Assembly (NCBI GenBank): GCA_964639885.1
Contig: CAZXEH010000001.1
Coordinates: 151,205 to 215,204, forward strand
Direction of reading: 5' to 3'
From: an uncultured Caldisericales bacterium
GTDB taxonomy: Bacteria; Caldisericota; Caldisericia; JAAYUI01
Length of the DNA stretch: 64,000 bases
Under the pieces are notes generated by a model. It saw only the letters and a program-made list of their open reading frames with translations, was not told the origin of the DNA and did no database searches. The stretch's first letter is position 1. Every line of letters begins with the position of its first letter. Below are positions 9,147 to 20,185 of the stretch, in pieces. The position numbers and the translations under genes were made by a program.

Positions 9147-10294
9147 AACAGATTGCAATCATCGGAGCAACGGGATCAATCGGCAGGCAAACTCTTGAGG
9201 TTGTCGAACAGAATTTCTCGAGCTTCAAAGTGGTTGCGCTTACGGCTGACCGGTCTGATGAGCTGCTTGCTCAGCAGGCAACGAGGTTTGGCGTAAAAAC
9301 CCTTTGCATGTACGATAGGGACGGCGCATCCAGACTAGCCACCAGAATCAAGGACGGAGCGATCCTTTACGGCGATGACGGCCTGAAAAGCATTGCAGAA
9401 CTCGATCTCGATCTTCTCATCGTTGCCGGTAATGGCGCAGCCTGCATCGAACCAACATTTCTGGCTCTCTCAAAGGGAATTCCGGTGGCGCTGGCAACAA
9501 AAGAAGTTCTGGTCTGCGCTGGGCACCTTATAGACCGCCAAACCTATGATAACCTTGTAATCCCAATCGATTCTGAACCGTCAGCCATTTTCCAGTCACT
9601 GATTGGCGAAGACAAATTCAGAATAAAAGAAATTCTTTTGACAGCCTCTGGTGGCCCGTTCTTCTCAAAGGGTCTCAATTGGTCTGAACTCAGCCTCGTG
9701 AAACCGGAAGAAGCGCTGGCCCACCCAAGATGGAAAATGGGTCGGAAGATAACAATCGATTCTTCGACGCTCGTAAACAAAGCCCTTGAGATGATCGAAA
9801 TCTCTTACATGTTCGGAATTGATCCCGGAATCATAAGGATCATGCTGCACAGGGAGTCGGAGATTCACTCAGGTGTGACCTTTGTTGATGGATCAATAAA
9901 GCTTCAAGCCTCACCGCCTGACATGCGATTGCCGATTTCGTACGCTTTAAACTACCCGGCACGCAATCTCACAACATTCCCCGGATTGAAGTTCCCCGTT
10001 CGCTGGGTGATGGAGGAGATGCCTGAAATCATGTCTCGGGCAATTGACCTTGGCAGACGTGCATGGAAAGCTGGCGCCTCGGGACTGATTTCACTGTGCG
10101 CCTCGGACGAGGCTGCCGTTGAGCTCTTTCTTGCAAAGAAACTGCCGTTCCACCTCATCCCAGAAATAATCGCAAAAACCCTTGCAGCAAACCAAACATT
10201 TGACACATCAACACCAAAAGCCTGCGTAGATTCATTCAGACAGGCAAAACAAACCGCAATGGAGATTGGAAAACGCTTATGTCTATCGTATTGA
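9143..10294 (+). CDS. dxr: 1-deoxy-D-xylulose 5-phosphate reductoisomerase
   Basis: AIIGATGSIG Rossmann N-terminus and a conserved DXR core. Confidence 0.93.
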   Translation: MKQIAIIGATGSIGRQTLEVVEQNFSSFKVVALTADRSDELLAQQATRFGVKTLCMYDRDGASRLATRIKDGAILYGDDGLKSIAELDLDLLIVAGNGAACIEPTFLALSKGIPVALATKEVLVCAGHLIDRQTYDNLVIPIDSEPSAIFQSLIGEDKFRIKEILLTASGGPFFSKGLNWSELSLVKPEEALAHPRWKMGRKITIDSSTLVNKALEMIEISYMFGIDPGIIRIMLHRESEIHSGVTFVDGSIKLQASPPDMRLPISYALNYPARNLTTFPGLKFPVRWVMEEMPEIMSRAIDLGRRAWKAGASGLISLCASDEAAVELFLAKKLPFHLIPEIIAKTLAANQTFDTSTPKACVDSFRQAKQTAMEIGKRLCLSY

Positions 10295-11577
10295 GCATTC
10301 TGCTGACACTTTTGATATTGAGCATCCTTGTTCTCGTCCACGAAATTGGACACTTTTTTGCCGCAAGGTCGATCGGTGTTCCGGTTGAGAGCTTCTCGAT
10401 CGGCATGGGGCCGGTTGTCAAGCGCTGGAAATGGGCGAGATACGGCGACACTGAATTCAGGCTCTCGGCCGTTCCGTTTGGCGGATACGTCATGGTTGCC
10501 GGTGAAAGCGAAGTCAGCGACGATCCAAACAATTTCTATTCCAAAACTCCGTGGCAGCGCATCTGGTTTGCCGGCGCAGGCGTTATGATGAATGTTTTGC
10601 TGGCTGTAGTTATCTTTGTCTCTGGCTCATTGCTGGTGGGAGACGTTGGGATTCCTTACAATCAGGTTGGTATGCTCCAGCCTGGAGCGGCAAGAAACGC
10701 CGGAATAAAGCAGGGTGAATGGATTCTTCGTGTGAACGGCGTCGAAACGCCCCAGTGGATCGACATTCCTACTGAGATCAGAAAGCATCCAAACCAGGAA
10801 ATAACCCTTCTTGTCGGCAAGGACACCGGTGAGGAGACAGTCACCGTTGTCGAATCAACAACATCAAAAATCTTCGGTCAAAATGAAGGTGCGTTCTCGC
10901 ACATCGTCTGGCCTGCAGAAAAAGACCTTCAGGGCAACACGTTCTTGGTCATCGACGGCAAGTATTACCACCTGGATACAATCACAAAGATTGGCGAAAA
11001 GACAGTTGGCAACTGGTCTGAAACGGTTGAAGCCCTCAAGGCAATCGTTGCGCCAACCGAGCTGACATTTGGAAAAACGGTTGAAACGAGGGAAGTCAAG
11101 CTCACAACCGGAATCGGGCACGACGAGGAAGGTAAGGAAATAGGCTTAATAGGCGCTATCCCAACCGGATCAACTGTAAGACTGCCTTTCTTTGAAGCCA
11201 TCTGGTTTGGCCTTCAGAAGTTCTGGTACACAATTGTCGGAGTCATTGCAGCAATAGGAAACCTGTTCAAAGGCAACTTTGAAAACATTGGCGGAGTCAT
11301 AGCAATCGGTGACATGGTCGGACAATCTGCAAATCTTGGTCTCAGCTGGGTGTTCAACCTTGCCGGGCAACTCTCGGTCGCTCTTGCCATCTTCAACATT
11401 ATCCCATTCCCAGGGCTTGATGGCAGCAGGATTTTCTTCAGCCTCATCGAGGGCATCACAAAGAAAAAACTCCCACGAGCGGTTGAAAACATCATTCACG
11501 GAGTAGGTTTCATAATACTAATGGTGCTCCTCGTAGCGCTCATCGGACGTGACCTGTTCCTGAGACTGTTTAAATGA
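10279..11577 (+). CDS. rseP: Site-2 (RIP) zinc metalloprotease RseP
   Basis: HEIGHF zincin motif in TM1, a PDZ region, and a C-terminal LDG motif (FPGLDGSRI). Confidence 0.9.
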   Translation: MSIVLSILLTLLILSILVLVHEIGHFFAARSIGVPVESFSIGMGPVVKRWKWARYGDTEFRLSAVPFGGYVMVAGESEVSDDPNNFYSKTPWQRIWFAGAGVMMNVLLAVVIFVSGSLLVGDVGIPYNQVGMLQPGAARNAGIKQGEWILRVNGVETPQWIDIPTEIRKHPNQEITLLVGKDTGEETVTVVESTTSKIFGQNEGAFSHIVWPAEKDLQGNTFLVIDGKYYHLDTITKIGEKTVGNWSETVEALKAIVAPTELTFGKTVETREVKLTTGIGHDEEGKEIGLIGAIPTGSTVRLPFFEAIWFGLQKFWYTIVGVIAAIGNLFKGNFENIGGVIAIGDMVGQSANLGLSWVFNLAGQLSVALAIFNIIPFPGLDGSRIFFSLIEGITKKKLPRAVENIIHGVGFIILMVLLVALIGRDLFLRLFK

Positions 11578-12626
11578 CAAAACCCGTCGCTGTCGGAAAA
11601 CTGGTCATTGGAGGCGGGGCACCTGTTGCCGTGCAGTCAATGACGAAAACCGACACGAGGGATGCAAAGGCAACAACAGAACAAATAAACCGGCTTGCAA
11701 GACTCGGCTGCGAGCTGGTGAGGTGTGCGGTTCCAGACATGGAAGCTGCACAGTCGCTTAAAGAAATAGTTAAATCGAGTCCAATTCCAGTGTGTGCCGA
11801 CATTCATTTCGATGGCAGGCTGGCGTTGGCTTCTCTCGATGCAGGAGTGCAGAAACTCAGGCTGAACCCGGGAAATATCCGCGACAAGGACATGGTCAGG
11901 GTCATCGCCAGGGAGTGCTTGCAAAGAGGGGTCCCAATCCGTATAGGTGTTAATGCAGGCTCCCTTCCCCACGGTGGAGACGTCGCCAAGGCGCTCGTCG
12001 ATGCCGCAATCAAAGAGGCAGGGATTTTGGAGGACGCAGGATGTGGATCTATCTTAATCTCGGTGAAAACCTCTGATATAGAGGCAACCATCAGAGCCAA
12101 CAGGCTCCTGGCACAATCCTGCAATTATCCTTTGCACATTGGTCTGACTGAAGCCGGCACACTGGTTTCGGGACTGATTCGATCAGCAAAAGCCCTGATG
12201 CCGCTCTTGGAAGAAGGCATCGGTGACACGATAAGGGTCTCATTGACTGAAGACCCTGAACAAGAGGTAAACGCAGCGTGGGAACTGCTTGAAGTGACAG
12301 GCAGGCGTCATGCAAGACCAATAATCATCTCTTGCCCCACATGCGGAAGGACTCACGGAAAGCTAAGGGAGAGAGTGCAGGAAGTCCAGCAGTCGCTCAC
12401 AGGCATAACAGGCATCACCGTTGCAGTCATGGGCTGCGAGGTCAACGGACCGGGTGAGGCGAAGGATGCCGACTGTGGGATAGCGTTTGGTGAGTCGAAG
12501 GCGATGGTGGTTGAGGAAGGCAATATCGTTGGGGTTTATCCACACGAAAAAGCCATTGAAACACTCACTCAAATCGCAAGGAGATTGTATGAATCAAAAA
12601 ATATATTGCGTGGGGCTAAGGCTTAA
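11574..12626 (+). CDS. ispG: 4-hydroxy-3-methylbut-2-enyl diphosphate synthase (GcpE)
   Basis: IspG-like sequence with a C-terminal CPTCGR cluster motif. It sits in the conserved dxr-rseP-ispG synteny. Confidence 0.92.
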   Translation: MTKPVAVGKLVIGGGAPVAVQSMTKTDTRDAKATTEQINRLARLGCELVRCAVPDMEAAQSLKEIVKSSPIPVCADIHFDGRLALASLDAGVQKLRLNPGNIRDKDMVRVIARECLQRGVPIRIGVNAGSLPHGGDVAKALVDAAIKEAGILEDAGCGSILISVKTSDIEATIRANRLLAQSCNYPLHIGLTEAGTLVSGLIRSAKALMPLLEEGIGDTIRVSLTEDPEQEVNAAWELLEVTGRRHARPIIISCPTCGRTHGKLRERVQEVQQSLTGITGITVAVMGCEVNGPGEAKDADCGIAFGESKAMVVEEGNIVGVYPHEKAIETLTQIARRLYESKNILRGAKA

Positions 12627-13668
12627 AGAGGACGACCAGCAGGAGGCGATGGAATCGTTTCGCGAGCTTGTTTCGCTTGCCCAGACGCTTGACTACACAA
12701 TTGTCGGCCAGAATTTCCAGGTAATCAGGGAGCCAAACCATTCCCATTTTATCGGCAAGGGCAAGGTGACCGAGATTGGGCTGGAAGTGACACAACTTAA
12801 GCCTGATGTTGTTTTTGTCGACTATCACCTCACACCGCTTCAGAGCCGAAACCTCGAGGAGGACTGGAATGTTCCGGTCATCGACCGGTCGGGGCTGATC
12901 ATTGAAGTGTTCAGAAAACACGCCACGACAAACGAAGGAAAGCTTCAGGTGGAGCTTGCCAAACTGAGGTACCAGCTTCCAAGGCTGACCCAGAAGAATC
13001 TGGCTTACGACCAGCAGGTTGGCGGTGGCGCTGTCACCAGAGGCTCCGGCGAAAGAGCCATCGAACTTGAAAAAAGGCATCTCAAGGAACGCATCAGGAA
13101 GCTCGAAGGCAGAATCAAGGTGCTCGCAAAAAACAGGCAGACACGGTCGAAGCAAAGGCTTAAAACGAATCTTCCGATTGTCGCACTAGTTGGTTACACG
13201 AACGCCGGAAAATCGACGCTCATGAACGCTCTGACCGGTGCAAACGTACTCATTGAAAACAAGCTGTTTTCGACGCTCGACACGACTGTCAGGCAGAGGA
13301 TGATCGGTGAAAGAAAAGTTCTTTTCGTCGATACGGTCGGTTTTATCAGGAACCTCCCGCACGAGCTGATTGCAGCGTTCAAATCAACGCTTGAGGAAGT
13401 CCTCTCCGCCTGGCTCATCGTCCATGTTTTCGACAGCTCTGACCTGGACTACGAAAGGCATATAGAGATCACCGAGAACGTTCTTGCCGATCTTGGGGCG
13501 GATTGCATTCCCAAGATGCTGGTGGCGAATAAATCTGATCTGATTGGTAGCGAACAAAGACAGCAAATTGAATCGATGGTTAAACCGGACATATTCATAA
13601 GCGCTTCAGAAAAATCCGGCACTGACGTACTGCTTGACATGGTTTCAAACCAGCTTGACGAACTTTGA
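12589..13668 (+). CDS. hflX: GTPase HflX
   Basis: G1 motif GYTNAGKSTL and an HflX-type N-terminal domain. The ORF track starts at 12487. The ATG at 12589 overlaps the ispG 3' end by 38 nt. Confidence 0.85.
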   Translation: MNQKIYCVGLRLKEDDQQEAMESFRELVSLAQTLDYTIVGQNFQVIREPNHSHFIGKGKVTEIGLEVTQLKPDVVFVDYHLTPLQSRNLEEDWNVPVIDRSGLIIEVFRKHATTNEGKLQVELAKLRYQLPRLTQKNLAYDQQVGGGAVTRGSGERAIELEKRHLKERIRKLEGRIKVLAKNRQTRSKQRLKTNLPIVALVGYTNAGKSTLMNALTGANVLIENKLFSTLDTTVRQRMIGERKVLFVDTVGFIRNLPHELIAAFKSTLEEVLSAWLIVHVFDSSDLDYERHIEITENVLADLGADCIPKMLVANKSDLIGSEQRQQIESMVKPDIFISASEKSGTDVLLDMVSNQLDEL

Positions 13669-13672
13669 ACTT

Positions 13673-13701
13673 AAGGCCTGTTTACCAAAAAAACAGGCCT
13701 T
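13673..13701. terminator. Hairpin AAGGCCTGTTT-N7-AAACAGGCCTT downstream of hflX; a weak or bidirectional terminator candidate
   Basis: Perfect 11-bp inverted repeat with no strong trailing T-run. Confidence 0.35.
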
Positions 13702-13737
13702 CCATTGTATAATCGTACAAAAGGAGATCGCATAACG

Positions 13738-16700
13738 ATGAAAAAAAGACTCTTGATGTTAATGGTTCTGCTCATGGTTTTCTCGCTTCTTCCCGGAATG
13801 TCTGGAAAGAGCGCAGCCAAAGTCACATTCTTCCAGCCTGATGTATCAGACAAGATTATAAACAGCTTCATTGATATTGACGCAAACAAGCTGGTTGATG
13901 TTGTCATCTGGGCCAACAGGCCAATTGACAGCGAACTGGGCACACTTTCCCAGTCGTTTACCAGCCACCCCAAATTTGGCTGTTACGTCGCCAAAGTCAC
14001 GAAATCAGAATTCGAATCACTCCAGCAGCTTCCGGGAGTGTCAAGGATAACTGAAAACTACAAGATTTCTGCTCCACAGGTCAAAGTCTCTGAACCTGAA
14101 GAAGCAACCAACAACTGGGGTCTTGATGATCTTGGAGTCAGGAAACTCTGGGAAAAGGGCATTACAGGCAAGGGCGTAACCGTTGGCCTTCTCGATACCG
14201 GTATTGATGCAGAACATCCTGCCCTCAAGAGAAAGGTTGAAAAGTTCGTCATGTTCCAGCTTGACGGCACAAAGGTTGACAGCAAGCCGTTTGACAATGT
14301 TGGTCATGGAACACACTGCGCCGGAATCATCTGCGGTTCAGACCCGAAGACAAAAAATGGTCCGGGTGTTGCTCCTGATGCAAAGCTCATCGTCGGTTCA
14401 GTCCTCCCAAACGGCAACGGTATGTTCGCCCAGGTTCTTGGAGGCATGGAATGGATTCTCGATCCTGACGGCGATCCGAAAACAGATGACGCTCCACCAA
14501 TCGTCTCAATGTCACTTGGCGGCATTCCCGACCCGGACATGACAAAAATTGCCGACATGTTCCAGAGACAGGGAGTGTTGCTGGTCTCATCAATTGGAAA
14601 CGACGGAGTTGGAGTCATGGGCTCACCGGGTTCAATCCCATCAGTCTTCTCGGTCGGTTCGTACGACAAGGACAGAAAGATTGCCTACTCTTCAGGTGGC
14701 GGAATCATCGACTGGGAGATGGATCCTTATCATGACATCTCAGTCACAAAACCAGACATTGCAGCACCAGGCGTTGATGTTTACTCATGCTTCCCGGGTG
14801 GTGAATATGTCGAGCTTTCTGGCACGTCGATGGCCTGCCCGCATGTTGCAGGCTCCTCTGCGCTGCTTCTGTCGGCAAACAAAGACCTCACAAACAATGA
14901 CATTGCCAATGTCCTCGCAAAATCAGCAGATGATCTAGGCAAAAAGGGCTGGGATCAGCGTTGGGGCAATGGCGCAATCAATGTAAACAGGGCATTCGAC
15001 AACCTTACAAAGCTTGCAAGACTCAAGGTCAATGTCAGCGAAAAACCGGAAGAACCGGTTGTCATCAAGATCAACGACAGCATTTACAGAACCGACAGGT
15101 CAACCGAGTTCATGCTCGATCCAGGCGATGTCAACGTTACTGTCACCTCATTCGGCTGCGCAACAGTCGACAAGAAGGTTACGCTCAAGGCCGGAACTCC
15201 CCAGACACTCTCGTTTGATGCCTCAAAGCTTCCGACCGTGACTTACAAGGGAACACTCGTTGGTGCCAACGGTGAAAACGCAATCGGTACAATCAAGATT
15301 CCGGGTGCCCCGAAGGTCTACACAACAGATGAGGAAGGCGATTTCGAGATCACACTTCCCAAGATGCAGTTCAATGCTGAATTCTGGGCGATTGGCTTCA
15401 AAACTTTGAAAGCTTCCATCGATCTTACGACAAACTACGAAAAAGTGATCAAGCTCAAACCGGCCAAGATTCTTGTTGCCACATCCCAGCTTGTCACTCC
15501 AAACTCATCGTTCAACCGCAGGTTTGACAAGTATTGCTACAGGGCGATGGATGACCTTGGACTCGATTATTGTTCGGTGAATCCGCGCGATTTCAAAGTC
15601 ACTTATGACATGATCAAGGGTTTCGACAGGGTTTATTGGTTTGCCGGTGAAGCCTCGCTTAAAGTCAACGATGCAAACACTCTTCACAAATATCTTCTCA
15701 ATGGAGGCAAGCTGCTTCTCTCTGGCAGAAACCTGCTTTATTACGAAGTCTACAGACGTGACCACAACTTCACCCAGTACCATTTCCAGGTCAGGGCTTT
15801 CCCTGATGACACCTACACAACAACTTCTGTTGGAATTCCAAAAGATGAGTTGGGCGACGGTCTCGCACTCTCACTTTCAGGCGGTGACGGCGCAACAAAC
15901 CAGATCGGTTATGACACCTTCAATGTTGCAAGCCCAGCTAAAAACGTGATTCCCTTCATGGCAGTCCTGACTCCAAGCGACAGGACTCTTGGCGACTACG
16001 GTTATTCTGGTGTCAGGATAATCTCGCCGACCTACCTTGGAGTTTATCTTTCATTCGGAATTGAAGGCATCGGAAACAATGCCGGCAGGAAAACCCTCCT
16101 CCAGAGAATTGATCAGTGGTTCAATTCGTATGGTGGCGTGAATGCTTCATTTGTTGATGACAAGGGCAAGCCGGTTTTTGCGAAGGTTTCAATCGAAGGA
16201 CTCCCCGACAACACAACCGACGACAATGGAAACCTCACCCTTTATTACCTTCCAAAGGGACAGGTTACGCTGAAGGTGAGTGCTGTTGGTTACGATGATC
16301 AGACCTTCAAGGCCGACATTGCAGAAGGCAAGATAAACAAAGTGCAGTTCCAGCTTGCAAACCCAAAGACCATCACAATCTCCGGCCAGGTCACAGACGC
16401 TGATGCAAAATCGCCGATGTCATGCCAGATAAAGGTTTATGGTAAGGATTCCCAGACCTTCAAGACGGACGATCAAGGAAAGTTCTCGATCACCCTTCCA
16501 AAGTTTGCCTACTCATTCAAGTTCTATAAAAAAGGCTATATCAACATCAATCAGCAGTACACAGATGATAACAGCAAGGTTGCCATCCAGATGGTCAAGT
16601 CGCCCAACTCTGTGGCATTTGTACAGCAGGTTTCACCAAGCTGGGAACCCATGGCTTTTGCGGGAATCACACAAACATATGAGAGGATTGCAAGAGAATC

Positions 16701-17244
16701 AGGGTACAACCTTGAAAGCATCTCCATCAGACCAGACCAGAAAATTGAAGCAGAAGACCTTGAACAGTACCAGAGCCTCATCTGGTACTGTGGTTTCAAC
16801 GATGAAGTTGGCGGTGACTGGTGGTTTGACGCAATCACAAAGTATGTCAAGGGTGGCGGAAAACTTGCCTTGATTGGCTCCTATGTTCCGACAGCGCTCA
16901 ATGACAGGCCTGAACTTGCAAAACTCCTTGGACTCGAACTAGACACCGATGACACCCAGATCTATACGGTCATGGGTGTTGATGGTGACCCGATCAGCGA
17001 TGGATTGCTGTATTCGCTCTGGCATCCATACCTCAGACAGGGCTTCATTGCCCAGTCACCATCGATGAAGCCTGTTGGCAATGGCATCTCTTGCTTCAAT
17101 CTGCCAGGTTCTTCATCGGCTGCCATAAGAGTCAAGACCGACAAGCAGACAACACTCGTCATGGCGTTTGGATTTGAGCAACTCTTCACATCCCGTGCCG
17201 AAGACAACACCCTGTTCAAGAGAATTGTCGACTACCTCAAATAA
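13738..17244 (+). CDS. Large secreted subtilisin-like serine protease (S8 family) with extended C-terminal beta-rich domains
   Basis: AAGGAG site and a signal peptide. Catalytic triad motifs VGLLDTGID, HGTHCAGI and GTSMACPHVAG. 1169 aa from the ATG at 13738. Confidence 0.9.
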   Translation: MKKRLLMLMVLLMVFSLLPGMSGKSAAKVTFFQPDVSDKIINSFIDIDANKLVDVVIWANRPIDSELGTLSQSFTSHPKFGCYVAKVTKSEFESLQQLPGVSRITENYKISAPQVKVSEPEEATNNWGLDDLGVRKLWEKGITGKGVTVGLLDTGIDAEHPALKRKVEKFVMFQLDGTKVDSKPFDNVGHGTHCAGIICGSDPKTKNGPGVAPDAKLIVGSVLPNGNGMFAQVLGGMEWILDPDGDPKTDDAPPIVSMSLGGIPDPDMTKIADMFQRQGVLLVSSIGNDGVGVMGSPGSIPSVFSVGSYDKDRKIAYSSGGGIIDWEMDPYHDISVTKPDIAAPGVDVYSCFPGGEYVELSGTSMACPHVAGSSALLLSANKDLTNNDIANVLAKSADDLGKKGWDQRWGNGAINVNRAFDNLTKLARLKVNVSEKPEEPVVIKINDSIYRTDRSTEFMLDPGDVNVTVTSFGCATVDKKVTLKAGTPQTLSFDASKLPTVTYKGTLVGANGENAIGTIKIPGAPKVYTTDEEGDFEITLPKMQFNAEFWAIGFKTLKASIDLTTNYEKVIKLKPAKILVATSQLVTPNSSFNRRFDKYCYRAMDDLGLDYCSVNPRDFKVTYDMIKGFDRVYWFAGEASLKVNDANTLHKYLLNGGKLLLSGRNLLYYEVYRRDHNFTQYHFQVRAFPDDTYTTTSVGIPKDELGDGLALSLSGGDGATNQIGYDTFNVASPAKNVIPFMAVLTPSDRTLGDYGYSGVRIISPTYLGVYLSFGIEGIGNNAGRKTLLQRIDQWFNSYGGVNASFVDDKGKPVFAKVSIEGLPDNTTDDNGNLTLYYLPKGQVTLKVSAVGYDDQTFKADIAEGKINKVQFQLANPKTITISGQVTDADAKSPMSCQIKVYGKDSQTFKTDDQGKFSITLPKFAYSFKFYKKGYININQQYTDDNSKVAIQMVKSPNSVAFVQQVSPSWEPMAFAGITQTYERIARESGYNLESISIRPDQKIEAEDLEQYQSLIWYCGFNDEVGGDWWFDAITKYVKGGGKLALIGSYVPTALNDRPELAKLLGLELDTDDTQIYTVMGVDGDPISDGLLYSLWHPYLRQGFIAQSPSMKPVGNGISCFNLPGSSSAAIRVKTDKQTTLVMAFGFEQLFTSRAEDNTLFKRIVDYLK

Positions 17245-17265
17245 ACACTGAATTTAACTACAAAA

Positions 17266-17296
17266 GCCCCTTCCAGCGGAAGGGGCTTTTCTTTTT
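17266..17296 (+). terminator. Rho-independent terminator of the protease gene
   Basis: GCCCCTTCC-AGC-GGAAGGGGC stem followed by TTTTCTTTTT. Confidence 0.85.
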
Positions 17297-17311
17297 CGGA
17301 TACTGATCAAT

Positions 17312-17339
17312 AAAAAAGCCCCTGAGGTTACCCAGGGGC
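17312..17339 (-). terminator. Rho-independent terminator of the pckA operon (minus strand)
   Basis: GCCCCTG...CAGGGGC stem followed by a T6 run on the minus strand. Confidence 0.8.
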
Positions 17340-17360
17340 TTTGGGATTCCGGTGAGAAAC

Positions 17361-18845
17361 TCAGATTGTGTCTGTGATTGCCTTGTCGAGAACCGGGTAC
17401 TTGGAAAGCCAGGCTCTTCTCTCTTCCCTGAGTTTGTCGTTCATGACCTTGATCTGGTCTGCGCTGTAGTAGTTGGCTGGATCAAATCGTTTCATGTCAA
17501 CGCCTGGAACTTCTGCTGGCACTTCGTATCCCCAGTATTCGTCCTTGCGCCACTTGACGTTGTCCTTTGCGATGTTTGTGAGGAACGATGCTGAGTCAAC
17601 AACCGTGATTTTTTCCTTGCCACCGATTTTTCCGGTGTTGAGGAGGTAGCACTTCATGTGAGGGTTTGCCTTGAGGATATTCATGATGTAGTTGCCTTCA
17701 TCGTCGCATGGGCCGACAATAAACGGGTTTGTTCCGACTTCGCGCTTGCTCTGGCCAGCCTTTGTCGGGTCACCGGCTGAGGTTTCGATGGATTCACCGA
17801 GCATGAAGAATGCAGCGCCCTGTTCCGGTGTGAGTCTTACCAGTGGAGGGATGATGTCTTCACGACGTGTGATGAAAACCATGAGGTCGCATCTTGGAAT
17901 ATCGATCTGGTTGTCGGTGTACATGACATCGGATCTCTGGACGATTCCACGACCGTTTGAGGTGAGCTGTGCGTTGTCAAAGTCCACCGATCCGTCATCA
18001 TTGACCCAGACGTTTTCAAGAACTGCGTTTGGTGATGTGGCTGCCTTGTAAAGAACTGGCTGTCCCTTTGGCTCGAGACCCTCTGTTTTGATGTAGTAGC
18101 TGTTCTCGGTTCCGATGCACCTTGTGTCAGGATACATGAAGACCACGTCGTCTTGGCGTATTACTACGCCTTCTTCGCCCTGAAGGAAGTGGTGGTGACA
18201 TGTGAGGGTGGTTTTGCCGGTGCCTGAGAGTCCGAAAAGGATCATGCCTTTTTCAACGATCTTGCCGTTGTTGTCTTTGATGCGGAGAATCTTTGAACCG
18301 GCGTGGAGGCCAAGCCCGCCCTTCATCTTCGTGCGATACATGCCCATCCTGAGGAATGATTTTTTCACTTCGCCGAAATAGTCAGTGCCAAGGATGTACG
18401 TCACGCCATCAATTGGATCGATAATAATCTTTCTCTCAGGCCATTCCGGGATGTCAACTGATGTGAGCGGTTTTTCTGTGAGGTTCTTTTCCTGTGGAAG
18501 GAAGAGGTTTGACCACATGAATGGGAGTCTCGGGAAGGCAACCGTTGTGTAGAGATTGCATGGAATCTTGTAACCGTCTGTCATGCAAAGCTGTCTCTGG
18601 GTCAGGATCACTTCCCTGTCCTTGAGATACTCCCTGACCTTGAGCAGTGTCTGAACCTGGTCTGCCGTCGGTTCGATGCCTGTCACTTCCGTGTTTTTGG
18701 CTGAACGGTTTTTCACCTTCGAGGTGTACATCGGTGAGCCAAAAACGGTTGTCTTTTCATCTGCCTTGCCCATCTTCCTGAGTTCGTCAGTTGACAGGTT
18801 CACGAGGAGCTTTCCAGCTTCAATCGGTTTTGTAAAAATGTCCAT
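17361..18845 (-). CDS. pckA: Phosphoenolpyruvate carboxykinase (ATP-dependent type)
   Basis: Kinase-1a motif GLSGTGKTTL. GGAGG site. It lies 12 nt downstream of the B12-subunit gene. Confidence 0.85.
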   Translation of the reverse strand: MDIFTKPIEAGKLLVNLSTDELRKMGKADEKTTVFGSPMYTSKVKNRSAKNTEVTGIEPTADQVQTLLKVREYLKDREVILTQRQLCMTDGYKIPCNLYTTVAFPRLPFMWSNLFLPQEKNLTEKPLTSVDIPEWPERKIIIDPIDGVTYILGTDYFGEVKKSFLRMGMYRTKMKGGLGLHAGSKILRIKDNNGKIVEKGMILFGLSGTGKTTLTCHHHFLQGEEGVVIRQDDVVFMYPDTRCIGTENSYYIKTEGLEPKGQPVLYKAATSPNAVLENVWVNDDGSVDFDNAQLTSNGRGIVQRSDVMYTDNQIDIPRCDLMVFITRREDIIPPLVRLTPEQGAAFFMLGESIETSAGDPTKAGQSKREVGTNPFIVGPCDDEGNYIMNILKANPHMKCYLLNTGKIGGKEKITVVDSASFLTNIAKDNVKWRKDEYWGYEVPAEVPGVDMKRFDPANYYSADQIKVMNDKLREERRAWLSKYPVLDKAITDTI

Positions 18846-18857
18846 TCTTCCTCCTAG

Positions 18858-19244
18858 TTATTGCCCTACAGATTTTTTTATAAATTCGACAACCTGTCCG
18901 GTTGGGGTGCCAGGGCCAAAAACTTCAGAAACGCCGAGTTTTTTAAGCTCCACTGCATCCTCTTCCGGTATGATCCCGCCTACGAAGAGCGTTTTTGATA
19001 CGCCATTTTCTTTGAGTTTTTCGATGATCTTTGGAACGATGGTCATATGTGCACCAGAGAGGATTGAGATGCCAATAACGTCAACATTCTCCTGGATTGC
19101 AGTTCTGACGATCATTTCCGGCGTCTGGTGGAGGCCCGTGTAGACGACTTCCATTCCAGCATCCCTGAGAGCCTGCGCGATAACCTTTGCGCCTCTGTCA
19201 TGTCCATCAAGACCCGGTTTGGCAACCAACACTTTTATTTGCAT
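18858..19244 (-). CDS. Methylmalonyl-CoA mutase-type small subunit (cobalamin-binding domain only)
   Basis: B12-binding signature [12 protein letters not shown] (DxHxxG). The start at MQIKV is preceded by GGAGGAAGG. Confidence 0.85.
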   Translation of the reverse strand: MQIKVLVAKPGLDGHDRGAKVIAQALRDAGMEVVYTGLHQTPEMIVRTAIQENVDVIGISILSGAHMTIVPKIIEKLKENGVSKTLFVGGIIPEEDAVELKKLGVSEVFGPGTPTGQVVEFIKKSVGQ

Positions 19245-20185
19245 TTTCCTTCCTCCAATACTTCCAACCAAAGATTTCTGGCAACTTCCCACGGAGGTTG
19301 TCCAAGCTCAATGGCTTTTTCTGATATTTTTTCTTTCAATGGTTCATAAGAGCTGCCAAAGATGTTGCTGATAAGCCAGAAATCAACCTCTGACTGGTAT
19401 CGCTCGCGAATTTTGGCCGCACGCTCGTTTGTTTTGATCATGAACTCCATGTGATTCTTTATCTGCTCGAAGAGTTCAGCGATTCCCTTGTCTTCTTTGG
19501 CGACTGTTCTGACAATTGGCGGTATCCAGGGCTTTCTCCAAAGTGAAACTGCAAACTGAAGCTCTGCCTCCAGTTGTTCCGTCCCGATTTTTTCTGACTT
19601 GTTGATGCAGAATATGTCTGCACCTTCCAGGAGTCCGGCTTTCATCATCTGGATCGAATCGCCTGAATCGGGTGTCATTACGACCACAACCGTGTCTGAT
19701 TTGGTTACCACATCAACCTCGGTTTGGCCTACACCAACGGTCTCGATGATGATGACCGGGTAGCCGCAGATGTCGAGGAAATCAGCCACAATCGATGATT
19801 TGGGAGCCATTCCGCCCAGATGTCCGCGAGTTGCCATTGATCTGATGAAAACGCCGTTGTCGGTAAAATGTTGTGCCATTCTGGTCCTGTCACCAAGCAA
19901 GGCACCGTGGGTGTATGGTGAGCTCGGATCACAGGCGATGATGGCCACTCGTTTGTCCTGTCTTCTGACAACAGAGATCAGCCTTGAAATAAGCGTGCTT
20001 TTCCCTGCGCCAGGTGAACCTGTGATTCCGATTCTGTGTGCTTTTCCTATTTTGTGGTAATTTCCACCGAAAACGATGTCAGGGTCTCCGCCATTCTCAA
20101 GATATGATATTACTTCAGCCTGAGCGCCATGATGACCCTCAAGCGCATATCTTACTGTTTCAGAACTCAACGCCCTGCCTGGCAT
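19235..20185 (-). CDS. meaB: Methylmalonyl-CoA mutase-associated G-protein chaperone (MeaB/ArgK)
   Basis: P-loop [13 protein letters not shown] and ArgK-family architecture. Confidence 0.9.
   Translation of the reverse strand: MPGRALSSETVRYALEGHHGAQAEVISYLENGGDPDIVFGGNYHKIGKAHRIGITGSPGAGKSTLISRLISVVRRQDKRVAIIACDPSSPYTHGALLGDRTRMAQHFTDNGVFIRSMATRGHLGGMAPKSSIVADFLDICGYPVIIIETVGVGQTEVDVVTKSDTVVVVMTPDSGDSIQMMKAGLLEGADIFCINKSEKIGTEQLEAELQFAVSLWRKPWIPPIVRTVAKEDKGIAELFEQIKNHMEFMIKTNERAAKIRERYQSEVDFWLISNIFGSSYEPLKEKISEKAIELGQPPWEVARNLWLEVLEEGKCK

Noticed and set aside
13673-13701. Strong intrinsic terminator after hflX
   Set aside because: The hairpin is perfect but lacks a downstream U-tract on either strand. 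It is reported only as a low-confidence feature.
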